DNA of 64,000 nucleotides. Source: Perna viridis. Lineage: Eukaryota. The position numbers were made by a program, and so were the translations under genes. The DNA lies in assembly GCA_037379345.1 (NCBI GenBank), contig CM074519.1:38404103-38468102 (forward strand). The letters run 5' to 3'. Of this stretch, positions 51,082-64,000 are shown in pieces; the stretch's first letter is position 1, and each line of letters begins with the position of its first letter. The notes below the pieces were generated by a model. It was not told where the DNA came from. It ran no database searches and saw nothing but the letters and a program-made list of their open reading frames with translations.

Positions 51082-51181
51082 TAATTCAGATTAGATTTTA
51101 ATTGCTCCCCCTTTTTCCTTTGTCGCATGACTTCATGTGAAATAGAAAAATGGGGGAGCAATTAAGATCTAATTTTAATTA
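51082..51181. mobile_element. Foldback / MITE-like palindrome
   Basis: ATTAGATTTTAATTGCTCCCCCTTTTTC (51090-51117) inverted to GAAAAATGGGGGAGCAATTAAGATCTAAT (51145-51173); inner TCGCATGA/TCATGTGA; TA at both ends. Confidence 0.7.
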
Positions 51182-51397
51182 CATTGCTTTTCATTCTTAC
51201 CTTTGAAACAGACATTGTTTATGTTTCTGCTTTCGAAATCATATTAATTTAACAATTCCATGATTCAAATGTTTATTTTCTAGTTTAAATACTTCATATT
51301 GTTTGCTACATGTACATTTGCATGTTTATTCATGTACATGTGTACATGTACACATTGCTTGCATTTTAAATTCCTGGGATCAAATCAAATACACATG

Positions 51398-51421
51398 ATA
51401 TATATATATATATATATATAT
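51398..51421. repeat. (AT)12 microsatellite
   Basis: Direct reading. Confidence 0.9.
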
Positions 51422-52849
51422 GATTTACATGTATTTAACAGTACAATGTGTATAAAATATAGAACAACTTGAAAACTCTTAGCATATGTAAAAATACGTT
51501 TTATCAAAATTGTTCACAAAAATACCTGTAATTTACAAACACTAGAACACTTTCTCAAACCTTCTGGCAGAAGCGGATCCACACACTTTGAAAATGGGGG
51601 GTGGCAGCTTGGGTTTCTCAGAAAAAGGGGGTGCTAGGACATTATTTACCATTTTTTGTCAATTTTACACATGAAAATTATAATTTTCCCATAAAAAGGG
51701 TGCCGACTCCCTCCCCCCGCACCCTCACTGTAATCATAAACATTAAAACTATACTTACGTTTTTTGTACATCACAAAAACCCAGTTTTGCTGGCTACTTA
51801 CACTCAATATGGAAGACATTGATGACGTCAGATAGCCTCGAAGTGGTCCCATCAGTTGGCATGTGTAGTAGGTGGTGTCATTTTCAATAACGTCATTACA
51901 TGTAAATGGGAGTGTCATTATTAGCTTTTATCACTGAATCCAACAAAAAGTCCCCGGTAGGTTTAATTGTTAATGAATTCGACACTAATGACAATTTTTA
52001 CACTCACCTTTTAGATTAAATAAAATGGTGAAAGTCACCGTGAGGTAAAACACAGCAGAAACTGTGAAAAACAAACCATCTCATGTCGAGCTGTCAACAG
52101 CTTCTCTAATTTCTAATAAAGGGAATACCAGTATGGTGTTATACAGGAGAATGCCAATTACATATTCTGCAAGAACCGAGTTTAACATGTAATTTTTACG
52201 AACAGATTTTTCTTCTTTTTTTATCTAGGAAGTAATAAAAAAAATATGATTTGAAAATGTTACTGATCATGAATACAGACGAATACACGACAAGTTAAAT
52301 TCAATCCTATACAACTTGATATGACTTATGGGACATTGAGGTTGATTTGATTAAATCTAAATACAAAATAATGAATACTTTCGGAGACACATTTATCTCA
52401 GCTAATCATAAGTAGTTGAAACTGTTTAATATGCTGAACGAATATAAAATAGCCTAGCAAATATTTACACCTAGTAAAACAAATCCTACATGTATGTAAA
52501 AAGCAACCATTTTTGCATCATTTTTAAGTTTAGGTTTGTTAAGTGCATTAATTGTAAGTAATAAAATGTTCAAATAGTTTACTGCTGTTTTATTATTTGG
52601 TAACACTGAAACCTACATAAATTTTGTTTCTACAAAGGATGACTAGATATTCGAATGTGGAATCTGCCTTGTGGAAAAGGAGTTTAGTTTTATGCGATTC
52701 AGAAGGCCCCGAGTATTGCCACAAACAACCCATGAATCAATACTAACTGTAGCTAAATTATTGTAAAATGAAACTTTTTTTCGATCTTTTCTTCGATATT
52801 GTAATCTTTGCTGATCACCGAAAAGAGGGAAACTTTGGAAGTGTATCAG

Positions 52850-53150
52850 GGAAATTCGAAGGTCAAAATTTCTACATTTAAAATCTCGAAATTTTAAGTT
52901 GAAAATCAGAATTACGACTTCTTAATAGAATTTTCGAGTTTTTGAATATCGAAATTTCAACTTGATAAATGTCAGGAAAAACAACTTTTATAAACTCGAA
53001 ATCTTGACTTAAGACTTTAAAGTTCGAGTTGGAAGTAGAAATTTCGAGATATTTAAGATTTTTAAGTCAAAATATTGAAATGAAAAAGGTAAATATTTAG
53101 AGTAAGAAGACAAAATTTGCAGTGTTTAAAAATGTCGAAATGCACCCTAT
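52850..53150. repeat. Degenerate ~21-bp tandem repeat (TCGAAATTTCGAG / AAGTCAAAATT)
   Basis: Recurrent (T)CGAAATTT and GTCAAAAT motifs at roughly 20-22 bp spacing. Confidence 0.5.
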
Positions 53151-54136
53151 TTTAAGAAAAGGAAAGTTATTCTTAATAAATACATGCACTTTTGACAATT
53201 ATGTGTATTGAAATAGATCTGACCCGAACTGATAAAAGCAATGAAAAGACAAAAAAAATCTGAAAATTCCCATTCTTCTCTCTTTTACCATCAGACTACC
53301 GATTCTAATAAAATAGAATAGTACCTTTACTTCACTTTGTAATTGTAATCTCATAACCATTGTAACAGGTTCATCCTTATTCATATTTATGGTGATCGCA
53401 ATACCTTTATAGAAATTATAAGGATGTAACTCATACAAGTTGAAAATTAGAGTTGAGTCTAGCATCCTATATATTTCTAGCAAACTTTTCCCTTACAAAT
53501 ATCATAAGCCTCTTCAAAAGCTTATTGTTTACATGTCTCTCTGAAATAAAATTTTATTAAAGTCTTGTCTTGATTAGCATAAAAACTAATGATCAAATCA
53601 TTGCATAAATATTGCACACTCACAATGCCTGAAATAGAGAGGGGGCATTGAATTTCATACAACCTCACTTGAACGTTCACCGCTGCAGGTCAAATCCAAA
53701 TTCGAGCAACTTTTGAATAGAAATCTAGGGAGGAGGGTGATGTTCCTTGATTATTGGCAACATTCTTAAAATCAAATCTATGAACCATTCACTCATTCGG
53801 AAGCTTGAAAACTGAATGGTTTCTAACATTTCCTAGTATCTGTGTTTTCTTAATTGTAACCTCAGAGTTCATGAAATTCAATATTATTTCACCAGGGACA
53901 TATAATAAAAATATAATCCTGAGCTAGCAGTGGTAAAACTGCGCTTTGAATATACAATTACGAATTTTGTATAGATCTACATAAATCCCTCGTTGGTTGG
54001 GGGTGGTTGGGTAAGCTGGCCCATGCTCTAATATCTTTACTAAAAATGACATACATGTACTTCATATTTTATTTGAAAAAAACCACACATGTTCATATCT
54101 AGTACCTGTAAATAGAAGTGTTAGTAGCAGCGATAT

Positions 54137-54246
54137 CAGAGAGAGAGAGAGCACTGGATACCTCACTGTTCAGAGAGAGAGAGAGAGCACTGGATACCTC
54201 ACTGTTCAGAGAGAGAGAGAGAGCACTGGATACCTCACTGTTCAGA
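54137..54246. repeat. 34-36 bp tandem repeat x3 containing (AG)n
   Basis: CAG(AG)nCACTGGATACCTCACTGTT at 54137, 54171, 54207. Confidence 0.95.
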
Positions 54247-54332
54247 ATTTGGCATACTTATGTATATCCCCAATGACATCGTTAGATGTCTGTTACAAAT
54301 ATTGACGAGAAATGAGACAACAATTAAGACAT

Positions 54333-54482
54333 AAATTACGGAAATTACATTTTATCATTGTTTTAGCACGGGCTGGCCGTTTATGTCGCATTGTTTGACG
54401 TCGAGCGATAGCAAGGGGTTTAACAACAACATAAATGGCCAGCCCGTGGTAAAACGATGATAAAATGGAGTTTCCGTGATTT
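54333..54482. mobile_element. Long inverted repeat (foldback / non-autonomous DNA transposon part)
   Basis: ~54-bp arms AAATTACGGAAATTACATTTTATCATTGTTTTAGCACGGGCTGGCCGTTTATGT / ACATAAATGGCCAGCCCGTGGTAAAACGATGATAAAATGGAGTTTCCGTGATTT with about 6 mismatches. Confidence 0.75.
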
Positions 54483-57400
54483 TTTTTATTCTAATAGTAC
54501 TAGTTTCTTCATATTTTTAATAGACGCAGGCCATGTGTTGAACGAAATATTGGTCATGTGTTTATCACTTTTTTACCATGGCTGTGATCAAAGAGTTTTT
54601 GAAGCTCGTCATATTAGAATTCTAAATCAACTATCATAAATTCTAAGTCTAAGGTTCTTTACTTGTACACGAAAAAAAAAAAATAAGAAATCGGACAAGG
54701 AAAGTGAGATTTTTTCTCGTTTTTTTTCTTGATTTGTTTTGTTTCTGGTTTGTTTAGTGTTGCTTTATCTATCGTTTTAAGTTCGTATTTAAAACCAAAT
54801 GACCGGATGAAGATTCATTGATATAAATCTCATATCGTGTCATCAAAAGAGGAATTAAAATAGGAAAGTAAGAAGGTAATAAATGCCAAATATTGGCCTG
54901 ACACGCTTAATTCTGTCCTCGTTCTGTATAACCGCGGGTATATACAATCACTTCTTTAAGTAAATTGTTCAGTGTAGATGTGGAAGCAGATACGTTTTTT
55001 TTTAAATTCAGATCGTTGATGATATCTCTGGTTAGAATGTCTCGGTATTGAATTAAATGTGAATATCTTGAAATATATCAGTTTAATCTCATAAACTTTT
55101 GTAGACATACTATTGAGGTTATAGGAAGGTGTCAAAGTGAACGCAAGATTTATTTATCTCACCAGAAACTGTCAGTCGTGATACCCGGAGATATGTGTTT
55201 CCGGATTTTCATTCTCTCTTCCGTGATTCCTGGTTCGATCAGCGGTTGGTGTGGGTGTCGGGGAGGTTGTAGGGAGGGATGGAACACCTCGTCTTATGCC
55301 TTTCTTTATTTTCAAATGCTTAATCATTTTATCACTTTACCTTTTTATGATACGCGTATTGTTGTAATAATTTTTTTGCTTCATAAAAGAACTCAGAAAG
55401 TCGCATCACTGCAAGCAACAGGCTCATGTTAATTAGAAACAGTTTCTTGTACACAATTACCTTTCATACACAATACTCTCTGCTTTTGTAGCATGATTAT
55501 CCATTTCTCAAAACTGAAAAAAAAGTTTCCATAGTGGAATCTGATGATGAAAACTGCATGTGTTAAAAGCACTACGGCTGCGAGAAGCAGGAATAAACAT
55601 TGCGATTGTTCAAACTTTCCTACAGTTATCATCTTTCCTTTTGAATATATATAGGACCCCCCTTTTTCCTACCTCATTTTCACGTTCGGTATTGCTAAAT
55701 CTTATAATATTTGCATTTTTTGTTTTAATGGTATTAGCACGTGTTTTAAGGAAAATTTCATTAACAACCTGCACACGTTTCCTCACTGAAAGTGTCAGAA
55801 CATGACAATTCTTCTTTTTCTTCTTAATAAAAGTAAGACAGACGCATTCAAGGACTGGCGACCCCTCATTTCATAGGCTATCTTAGTACAAACACAGCTC
55901 GTTATTCAAAATGTTTTTACTCTGGACAAATAAATTATTTTGATACTGTGAGAACATTGTGGCGCCATAGTCTAAATAAGAAACACAGAAAATAAAAAAT
56001 TGCCACTTCATTTTGATGTCAAGTCTCACGATTTCACACCAAGACAAAAAGCCGTGAGGTGTCATCTGTCAGAACACTGTTACATGTCCATATTTCTTAC
56101 CCCTCTGTTTTAATTCATATCACTTTGATATCTTTCTAAACTGAAAGTAAAACACAAATCCTTGAAGTTACAGGGTATAATTTCTGTTGATAGATAAAAT
56201 CAAGTTTAACCCGTTATCATGCTACGATTAAAGCACAGATAAGTTTGTGAGGTAGTGGAACTTTTTTATTAATTGCTTCCAGTGGTTCAGTAAGAAACCC
56301 AAAGCGAGGACAAGACCTTGATTACAACACAAAAGATCGATAGTTTTCACACGGTCCATGATAATATTCTTAAACTTGCGTTGGTCCAAAACGTGGTTAC
56401 ATCGGTAGTGATACTAACTTTAAATCCCAATGATTTCTTTTTCGTTCACTTTTGAAAATTTATGCTTGGTCATAATTCTTAAATCTATGCTTTAAATGAA
56501 CCAAATAAATCTCGAATTAGCAAGCAATACCATAGTTTATAGAGCTTGGCTTTTTAGTACTGTATATAACAGGTGAATAAAAGTTTGAAATAGCGAATAT
56601 GTACCACTGCGCAGGAAATGTTGACTAGTCGTCAAATAATCCTCCCCCCCAAAAAAAAAGAGAGAAAAAAAAGAAAAAACAGAGTAAAAACATAATCAAA
56701 CTAAACAAAATATGAACACAATGTATGTGAAGAAAGACTGAAACATTAGCGTACTCTAGTAGTAGCAGTAACTTCCGTAATGTTAATAAAATTTCGACAA
56801 TATTTATAAATTCATGGTTTGAAATACCCTTGATTTTCCATATTTCACACAAATGAATACTGTTTAAAAGGAGAGACACACAACACGTTGGTTCACCTTA
56901 TGTAATGTCAAATCTCTAACATTCATTAATTCCTGTTTTTATTGTAATTGCAATTTTCTACGACGTCACCCCGAGTCATCCATTTGAAGATGATTAAATA
57001 TTTTCAATATTTTCATATGATCTTATATATCTGAAAGACTAAATTCATCTAATTGTCAACATTTATTAAATATTTTATTTAAGCGTTTAGACAGGCGTCA
57101 AAATGACCCGTATGATGTAGGTAGACCAATAAATTAAACATACATGCATTTGTCTATTTGTTAACCATAAGCGCCCCGAAGTTACAGATTTTACGATCCA
57201 TCAAATCATGATAATTAAAATTAGAATCCACTTCCGGGCGTTTGGTTGTCATATTATGGCGTCAAAAATAACACCCAAGACGAGAAAAAAGTGTGTCTAG
57301 TTTTCTATGAGCGACAAGATTATACTTCATCGACTCATCTGTGTTCACAAATTATCGAGGTTGTAGCCTGAGGTAAATATGTGGACCTTTGATCTGGCTT

Positions 57401-60400
57401 CAAAGACTTGCTAAAACCCAAGAGGGTCCGAGTATAGTCACTTGTACTTAGCTTCATAATGTAAAATAGCATAATATTGTCAAAATAGCAGAGTAACATG
57501 AACGATCATGGAGATTTATTCTCAGTAAGTGACGACTAGCATTGGTCACCTTTTTGTCTATGTGTTGGGGAAAAAATTCGTTTGTGCCCATGTACCAATA
57601 ATCTTGTAAAGTTTTATTTTAAGTTTCCTCGCCGATTTATCAGTTTTTGTAGACTAACGGCTAAACTTTTATTCCTTTGAAAGACTATTTACCAAGTCAA
57701 ACGTATTTGTTAAATTCTTATCATAAAAAGTCGGAGTTTTCATTAACACCAACAGGCAAGATTACAACTTCAATTAAATCGTCAAAAATCTTTGTGAACT
57801 CCATAATGGATGTTTTATACCAATGTTTGGTTTCAAAGTTTGAATCTTTTTATTTACTAATTAGTATCAAGAAAGTCACCAGCATAATCTATACACGACA
57901 CCTTTAATCCTTTTATCTATCTTGGTATAAAGGGGAGATAACGAAAGTGTGGCACATTTGACTGTTTTAATAGTATTTACTCTGCTGTCCTATCAGGCGT
58001 CAGACTTTCCCTAGTTTAGGTCTCTCTCTTTGATGTTGCAATCTTATCACACATTTATAAAGCGACAGTCTGTCAAAGATCTCTATTGGTGTACAGTTTT
58101 ATTTAATAGGTATGAATCTTCGACTGTAAATCACGGTAATCCTTCTATAAACCTAATTGGCGATATGTTAAAGCCTAGGACACGACGAATACACAATGGC
58201 TCGGTGTGTTGACACTGACGCCTGAGCACAGAGAAATGTTTGCTCTGTTGCTTCTGTGTACTGGCGACCGGTCGCTTTAACATGAAAGATGAAAGATTTG
58301 ACGAACTTTAGAAGTAATTGGGAAACAATCGTTAGTTGAGACTACAACAAAAGTATTCAACGACAATTGGAAATCAAAATATAATAAAAGAAAACAAAGA
58401 AAACAAATCCCAGATTCTTGAAAGCAATGGAAATACCAACCTAGGATTGCATGTATTTTTATAGGAAAAAGCAACGATCAAAAGGAAATAGGATTTAATT
58501 ATGTCATTGATATCGCTAATAACGATGGTGCTTTGTCATTGAAAATTAGGATTGTGGAATGTCTCATTCGCATGTACCCAACACAGCCTGGGAACAAGGT
58601 CACCATAGATTCACTGTCCACTTTAGGAAATCTATAAATGAGGAAAAGTCACGAATAAAGTTAACCTTTAAGACAAACTCAATGATTCTTCATTTTCATT
58701 CGTCAAATTTTCATTTAGGTGTAAACTGAGATTTCATCATATTCATTATGCATTTGCAAAACAATTACCAAGTTTCTCGAACATTTGTAACCAGGTAGAA
58801 AAAAATGATGCACAGTTTGTTATATCTACCTTACAATAAAAAACTGAAGCATTCATATTTAAAACTATGCAGCTGCCATCCGATGATTTTCAAACAAGAC
58901 GTGTCTAGCAGATTTTGTTAAGAACTAAAGTCACGGTTTTTAGAAAGAAAAAAATTTAAAAAAACCAAAAAAAAACAGGAAAGACATTATTAAAAATATA
59001 TATATCGTTTTTTTTTTTTCTTCTGTGATCTTTTTTTTTTGTTTACGTCTATTTAAGAAGTTAAAATTTTGAACATTTGCTATAATTACCCATTTTGTCA
59101 ACCTCCCTCCGTTGTCCACATTTTACAGAGTTGGGGGCGTATTTTGCTTGAACTTGTGTTATACCTTACCTTACATATAGAAACCATGAAACAGTATTTC
59201 GTTATCTAAGCTCTCTGGTTTTACCGGAGCTCCTACACTATAAAGTGAGATAATGTGAATTGTTCCTCTATTACTGTGAAGGACTCTTGTAAGTTACTGA
59301 ATCAACAGATGATTTGGGTTGTCACGCGTCAGAAACGTATCAAAACCCTATATCTAAATAACCTTAATAGACAAAAAATACAAATACAGATTAAAAATTG
59401 TCTTTTAATTGGTATGAAATTCCTTCAATTGAAAAACATCTGTCTATCAAATGTATGGAGTATTTGTCTTCGTGCTCATTATAACGGGTACCTTTTCACG
59501 TAAAGAGCCCTTCAGCACGCTTATTGTAAAATGCACAACAATGGAATGTCAAAATGAAGACACTGATTCTTTCGTGTCATTTTATTAAAAAAAAAAACAA
59601 TCTTAAGTTAGGTTATACAAAGAATATTGGAAACAAATGCTCCCACCACCATTTGTTTGTTCGGAAGAAATAAGTTTGATGAGAAAGAAACTTAAAAAAG
59701 GTAATGTCGGATCTTGATTGAAAATATCGACTTTAGTTACAAATTAGTAACTTGTAATATATCACACAGGCAATTAAAATCTCGTCTTCTATAGAAGATA
59801 TATCGCAAGGTAAACATTCATCCGCCAAAAACAAGATGGCGAACTTCCGATTACTACGCAATCTTTGAGTACCGCGTGATGATATCCGGCACTTCACCGT
59901 TTGATTTCGAAATTGACAATACAGAATATTTCATTTTTATCAGGATGATAGACACCTCAAAGAGATTTTATTAATTCAATCAGTAAATAGGTGTTGAGAT
60001 ATTCAGATCTAGGTGATAACTCCTTGTTTTTGGAATCTTTGATATGTCTAAAGTAAATTCTTCGGAGATGATACGTTATTAGCCGGTCACCAAAGAAAGG
60101 GGAGATATCAGAGAATTGTGGTATTTGAAAAATTTCAATTAAGAACCTTGATGTAAAACAAAAAGTCTATTAGTACGACGTTGAGCGAACAACTGATGTG
60201 AATTGTATTTTAACAAGTATTGGCAAAAAACATAGGTTGCATTTTTATATTTTAACGGATACGTTGAAGGTCCCATGAATAAAAAGAACTTAACTTTAAA
60301 ATAAAGTAAATCACGTTCAAAATAGTGATTTCATCTAACCGAAGAAACTTTAATATCTTTTGTCCACTTTGTGTGCATTCTCTTCCTTATTTCAGTTTTG

Positions 60401-60454
60401 ATGATATGATATTTCTAACGACGTTTTGTACAATTTCGGTAAGAGCATTTTATT

Positions 60455-60654
60455 GAGCAACCATTTCATTTCTAGAGGGGTAGGATCAAATTTTGTGTTC
60501 TGGGGTTTACTCTACCTGTCCTAAATTTACACAATTATTCATCACTAACCCTTCATCATCATCATACATTTTTATTTCAAATTTGACCCTAGCCCTCTCC
60601 CCCATAAAAATTTGACACTAGCCCTCCCCCCCCCCATCAAAATATTGGTCGCTC
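60455..60654. mobile_element. MITE-like element with short TIRs
   Basis: GAGCAACCA at the left end, TGGTCGCTC at the right end; G-run and C-run subterminal tracts; internal duplicated AAATTTGAC(C/A)CTAGCCCTC. Confidence 0.5.
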
Positions 60655-62526
60655 CTCTATTGTAAAGTGTAATTGGATGGTCATTAACAGACCGAAGAAA
60701 AAAGCTCACCACCGACTAATAACATCATTGTAAACATTAACTATAAAAAATAAAAAACATTTACTGAAATTCAAAGAAAAATCATTTATTCTCTTTTCTA
60801 AATTAAAAATTAGAATTACTTTCTAAATTCTATTCAGATTATGTAAAACTTTGAAATCTTATTGTCTATTATATGGTCTTGTACTTTGTAGTTTCTCCTT
60901 GGCAACCGTTTGTTTTTATTGTAGAATTGTGAAAATGTGCTCAGAGAACACTTCAAAGTTTTGTCCAATACTGAAAGTGAAAAAAAAGTAAGTGATAACT
61001 CATGCAAAAATATGTGAGTGCGTCAAGCCTAAAATATGCATTGGTAACTTGAACATGATATTCCTGTCAAAGGGGATTTAGAGATCATAACCTTTTTGAT
61101 ACTTTCATTCATGCCTTCCTTCTTAAATTTGGTTACTGAATAAAAGTCTTAAATATGCTTTCATTTGGCGTTATTTTTCTCACTTTATTATGTGTTTTTC
61201 AGTAAATTATAGCTTTTTATCTATTTTATTGTGTTGACAATGTAATAAAAGGAATTTTGTGTGTCTCATAAACTTCATAGCTTCACTTTGATGAAGAATT
61301 AATAAAGTGTCGTAAGCGTTTGATATAAAATGGTGTGAATAGTCGTATTAATATATTCGGCTCTAACTCCATCTGTTACCAAAGTAGCTTACGATTTTAT
61401 GTCATATAACTTGTATACAGGATGTAGAAAAGATTGTTTAGAACGGGTGGTTCATGTTTGTCTACTGTAAAACCGTGTCTAAATTAAGCGATGCTGTAAA
61501 TTGTCGAATAAATCGTGTTTTATAGTAAAGTATGCATTTTTATTGAATACAGTAACAAAACGCCTATCCTAACAGAACAAAATTTTCATTTTATATTAAG
61601 CAACTTCCACACATTAATACAAGTCCTTACCGCCCTTAATGCCAAAAAAAAAATGATCTAGTGATTTACATTAAAATCAGACATAAATAAATATTATAAT
61701 AAGCAAAAAATTCTGGTATTCAATAAACATTTAAGCAGGTCAGAAAAAAACCGGTTTTACACATTCTTTAAGCTTATTCTTTGAAATGGTCAAACAACAA
61801 TTGCTATGGTACACTGTAGAAGTCTGCATTGAAACAGTATGAGAAAAGTTGACTGATGCAGCTACTTGGAAAGTGCTTTTAATTTGTTCTAATTTATAGC
61901 TTATACAATGTATACAAAAACGTCCGATATTTAACAGACAATGCCTTAGTAAGGCATTTCTGGCGGGAAAGATTTTAATACATGCGCTAGTAGGAAAAAA
62001 AACATATGGCAAATCATAGACGCCACAGTGTATTAACTGTACAAAATTAATTCACATTTTATCAAAGTTTAATTTACAAGTTGTAACCCCAACTTAAAAG
62101 TTAATACTTAAATACATTTACCCCGGATCAAACGAGCAAATTGATTGATCACAAATCGATTAGTTTTCTGTGTTTGATTGACAAAATTTTTGTGTTTAAA
62201 ACAGAGAGCCCATTTTTACGTCTTAAATTTAAGACTTGGATTAAAATTCAGCAATCTAGGAGCCACGAGGATTAAATTCGCTAGATACAAAACTTGAAAA
62301 ATATATAATTCACACAAAATTGTATCGTCTCTGTTTGCTTACACAATCAGACCTCATTCATAATTTTATGTGACATTCTTTATATTATTTGTAATTGATG
62401 TCTTCCAGAGTTAAGACTTATTTCCCCAGGTCAATGTAGGTCATATCCAACGTATTGTGAAAATGTATTTTCCAAAACGACACTGTGAAAGTTCGCTACA
62501 AGAAAAGGTTATTTGAGACTATTCTT

Positions 62527-62738
62527 GAAAGAGTAATCAAGGGAACCAAGGTTATAGCGGTAATCAAAAGAATGTAACCCAGGGACAAAGACCAGACATG
62601 GAAAACAGACATACACAACAAAGAACATAAAGTAACTAAAATCATACATACAAAGTAACAAAAGCAAATGAGCAACTCGGACTCCACTAAAAATTGAGAG
62701 CATGGACCAGGTGCACCGGTAGGGTAAGCATCCTCTTG
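62527..62738 (-). mobile_element. PLE-associated 3' tail repeat, copy H
   Basis: Reverse complement CAAGAGGATGCTTACCCTACCGGTGCACCTGGTCCATGCTC...GGTTCCCTTGATTACTCTTTC. Confidence 0.85.
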
Positions 62739-64000
62739 AATTCTTGAATTCTTGATTTATTACTTTGTTAACAAAACTACATGGTCCAGATGCAGCAAAT
62801 AAGGCAAACAATATATTCATTTGAATCCAATTACAATATCACTTTTACAAATAACAGTTGTTAATAACAAAGTTACTATGAGAGTCAACATATATAATCG
62901 AAGAATCACAATGATAGAATTTGGCCTCATTGCAAATCATACGATAAATTTCTTAACTTAACTTGTCCATACCTGTCGTGGAGCAGTCAAATTTTATTTT
63001 ATTTTTTTCTGTGCGTTCCCGTAAGTTTCTTCCCTTCACATCTTAAAAAAAAAAGACCGATCTCCCCAAGTAATTCATGCTTCATATAAAACCCGGAATG
63101 ACACAAGAAAGAAAGAAAAAAAAGGTTACAGTGATAGAAACAACTTATAAATCACTGAAAGCTGGAGTTTTCTTCACAACAGTTATACCATATCATCAAA
63201 CAACAGTTATTCTAGCGATGTTGACGCCGTACCGCAATATGCTGCTATGTTTACGAAACAACTTTAGCACTTCGGGAAATATGCAAATTTATGGGTAGCG
63301 TAGAATAAATAATATATAAGGAAATAAGATTTAAGCTCTGAAAATACACAAAAAAAGACCGAAATTGTATTCATTTTGCAAGGTAAAGTGCTACGGTGGC
63401 GTTCCTTTAAGTTTCACTGTTGGGTTCTAATCTAAAAATCGTTTTTAAACCTTTTTATACATTGGTTCAGTACTATGTCCTTGGTATAATGTATTTATAA
63501 GCCCTACTACACTTAGCGTTTTTGATAAAACCAACATATCGCTAACCTCTCCACTTCCCTGATTTTATTCCTTTACACCTCAAAACAATATACAGATAAA
63601 CGACAATTAACGTCTTACTCCAAAAGAATGATTTATGAGAATGTACCGTGCAAATTGTGCATTATTTATGAGAAGAAAAACAAACTGCATATGAAATACT
63701 TAAAATATTTCACAGAAGTTGAGGTTCGTTCAAAAATATTTATTTAACTTCATAGTTACGGCGCTTTTGAATCTTTTCTTATAAGATATCAAGATTTTAA
63801 TCGTAAACAAGAAATCTATTGAAGTTATGTCTTGTTTTTGCTATCAATTTTAAAACAGACTAACCAATTTTTATCAGTCTCGATCTGAAACTAAACATTC
63901 AGAGGATTATGAACAATCATGATGATTAAGATACTTGTTAGTTGCTTTAGGGTAAACGAACAAGAAACAAAATTACGACTTTAGTGGCAAAACTGGCGAC

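Noticed and set aside
62496-62820. Recurrent hydrophobic ORFs (213..419, 39803..39991, 43451..43678, 46424..46690, 62496..62820) that look like a small membrane-protein family
   Set aside because: They are translations of the T-rich PLE tail in different frames; frame is not conserved between copies.

Overview
AT-rich eukaryotic (animal) genomic DNA; the repeat families look like those of a bivalve mollusc (inference). The window holds one protein-coding gene: a six-exon Tbx2/3 (optomotor-blind-like) T-box transcription factor on the + strand, CDS join(9829..10169,12574..12841,17108..17254,17535..17611,19466..19638,21748..22805) = 2064 nt, 687 aa, all introns GT-AG with matching phases. It is followed by about 41 kb with no other recognisable gene. 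That region and the upstream flank contain: (i) eight copies of a ~150-230 bp retroelement 3' tail plus two RT fragments of a Penelope-like element (PLE); (ii) a second, different PLE remnant with a GIY-YIG C-terminus and a minimal hammerhead ribozyme; (iii) a 5'-truncated LINE with an (AATC)7 tail; (iv) a 4.4-kb compound 28-bp satellite with higher-order repeats; (v) MITE/foldback elements, a Helentron-like element, SINE fragments and minisatellites. The best leads are a pseudoknot-capable RNA fold with a telomere-template-like segment in the PLE tail, an unexplained GC-rich structured island at 33.15-33.36 kb, the PLE hammerhead, and a cluster of T-box half-sites in intron 2 of the T-box gene. 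All structures were paired by eye; nothing was computed or searched.
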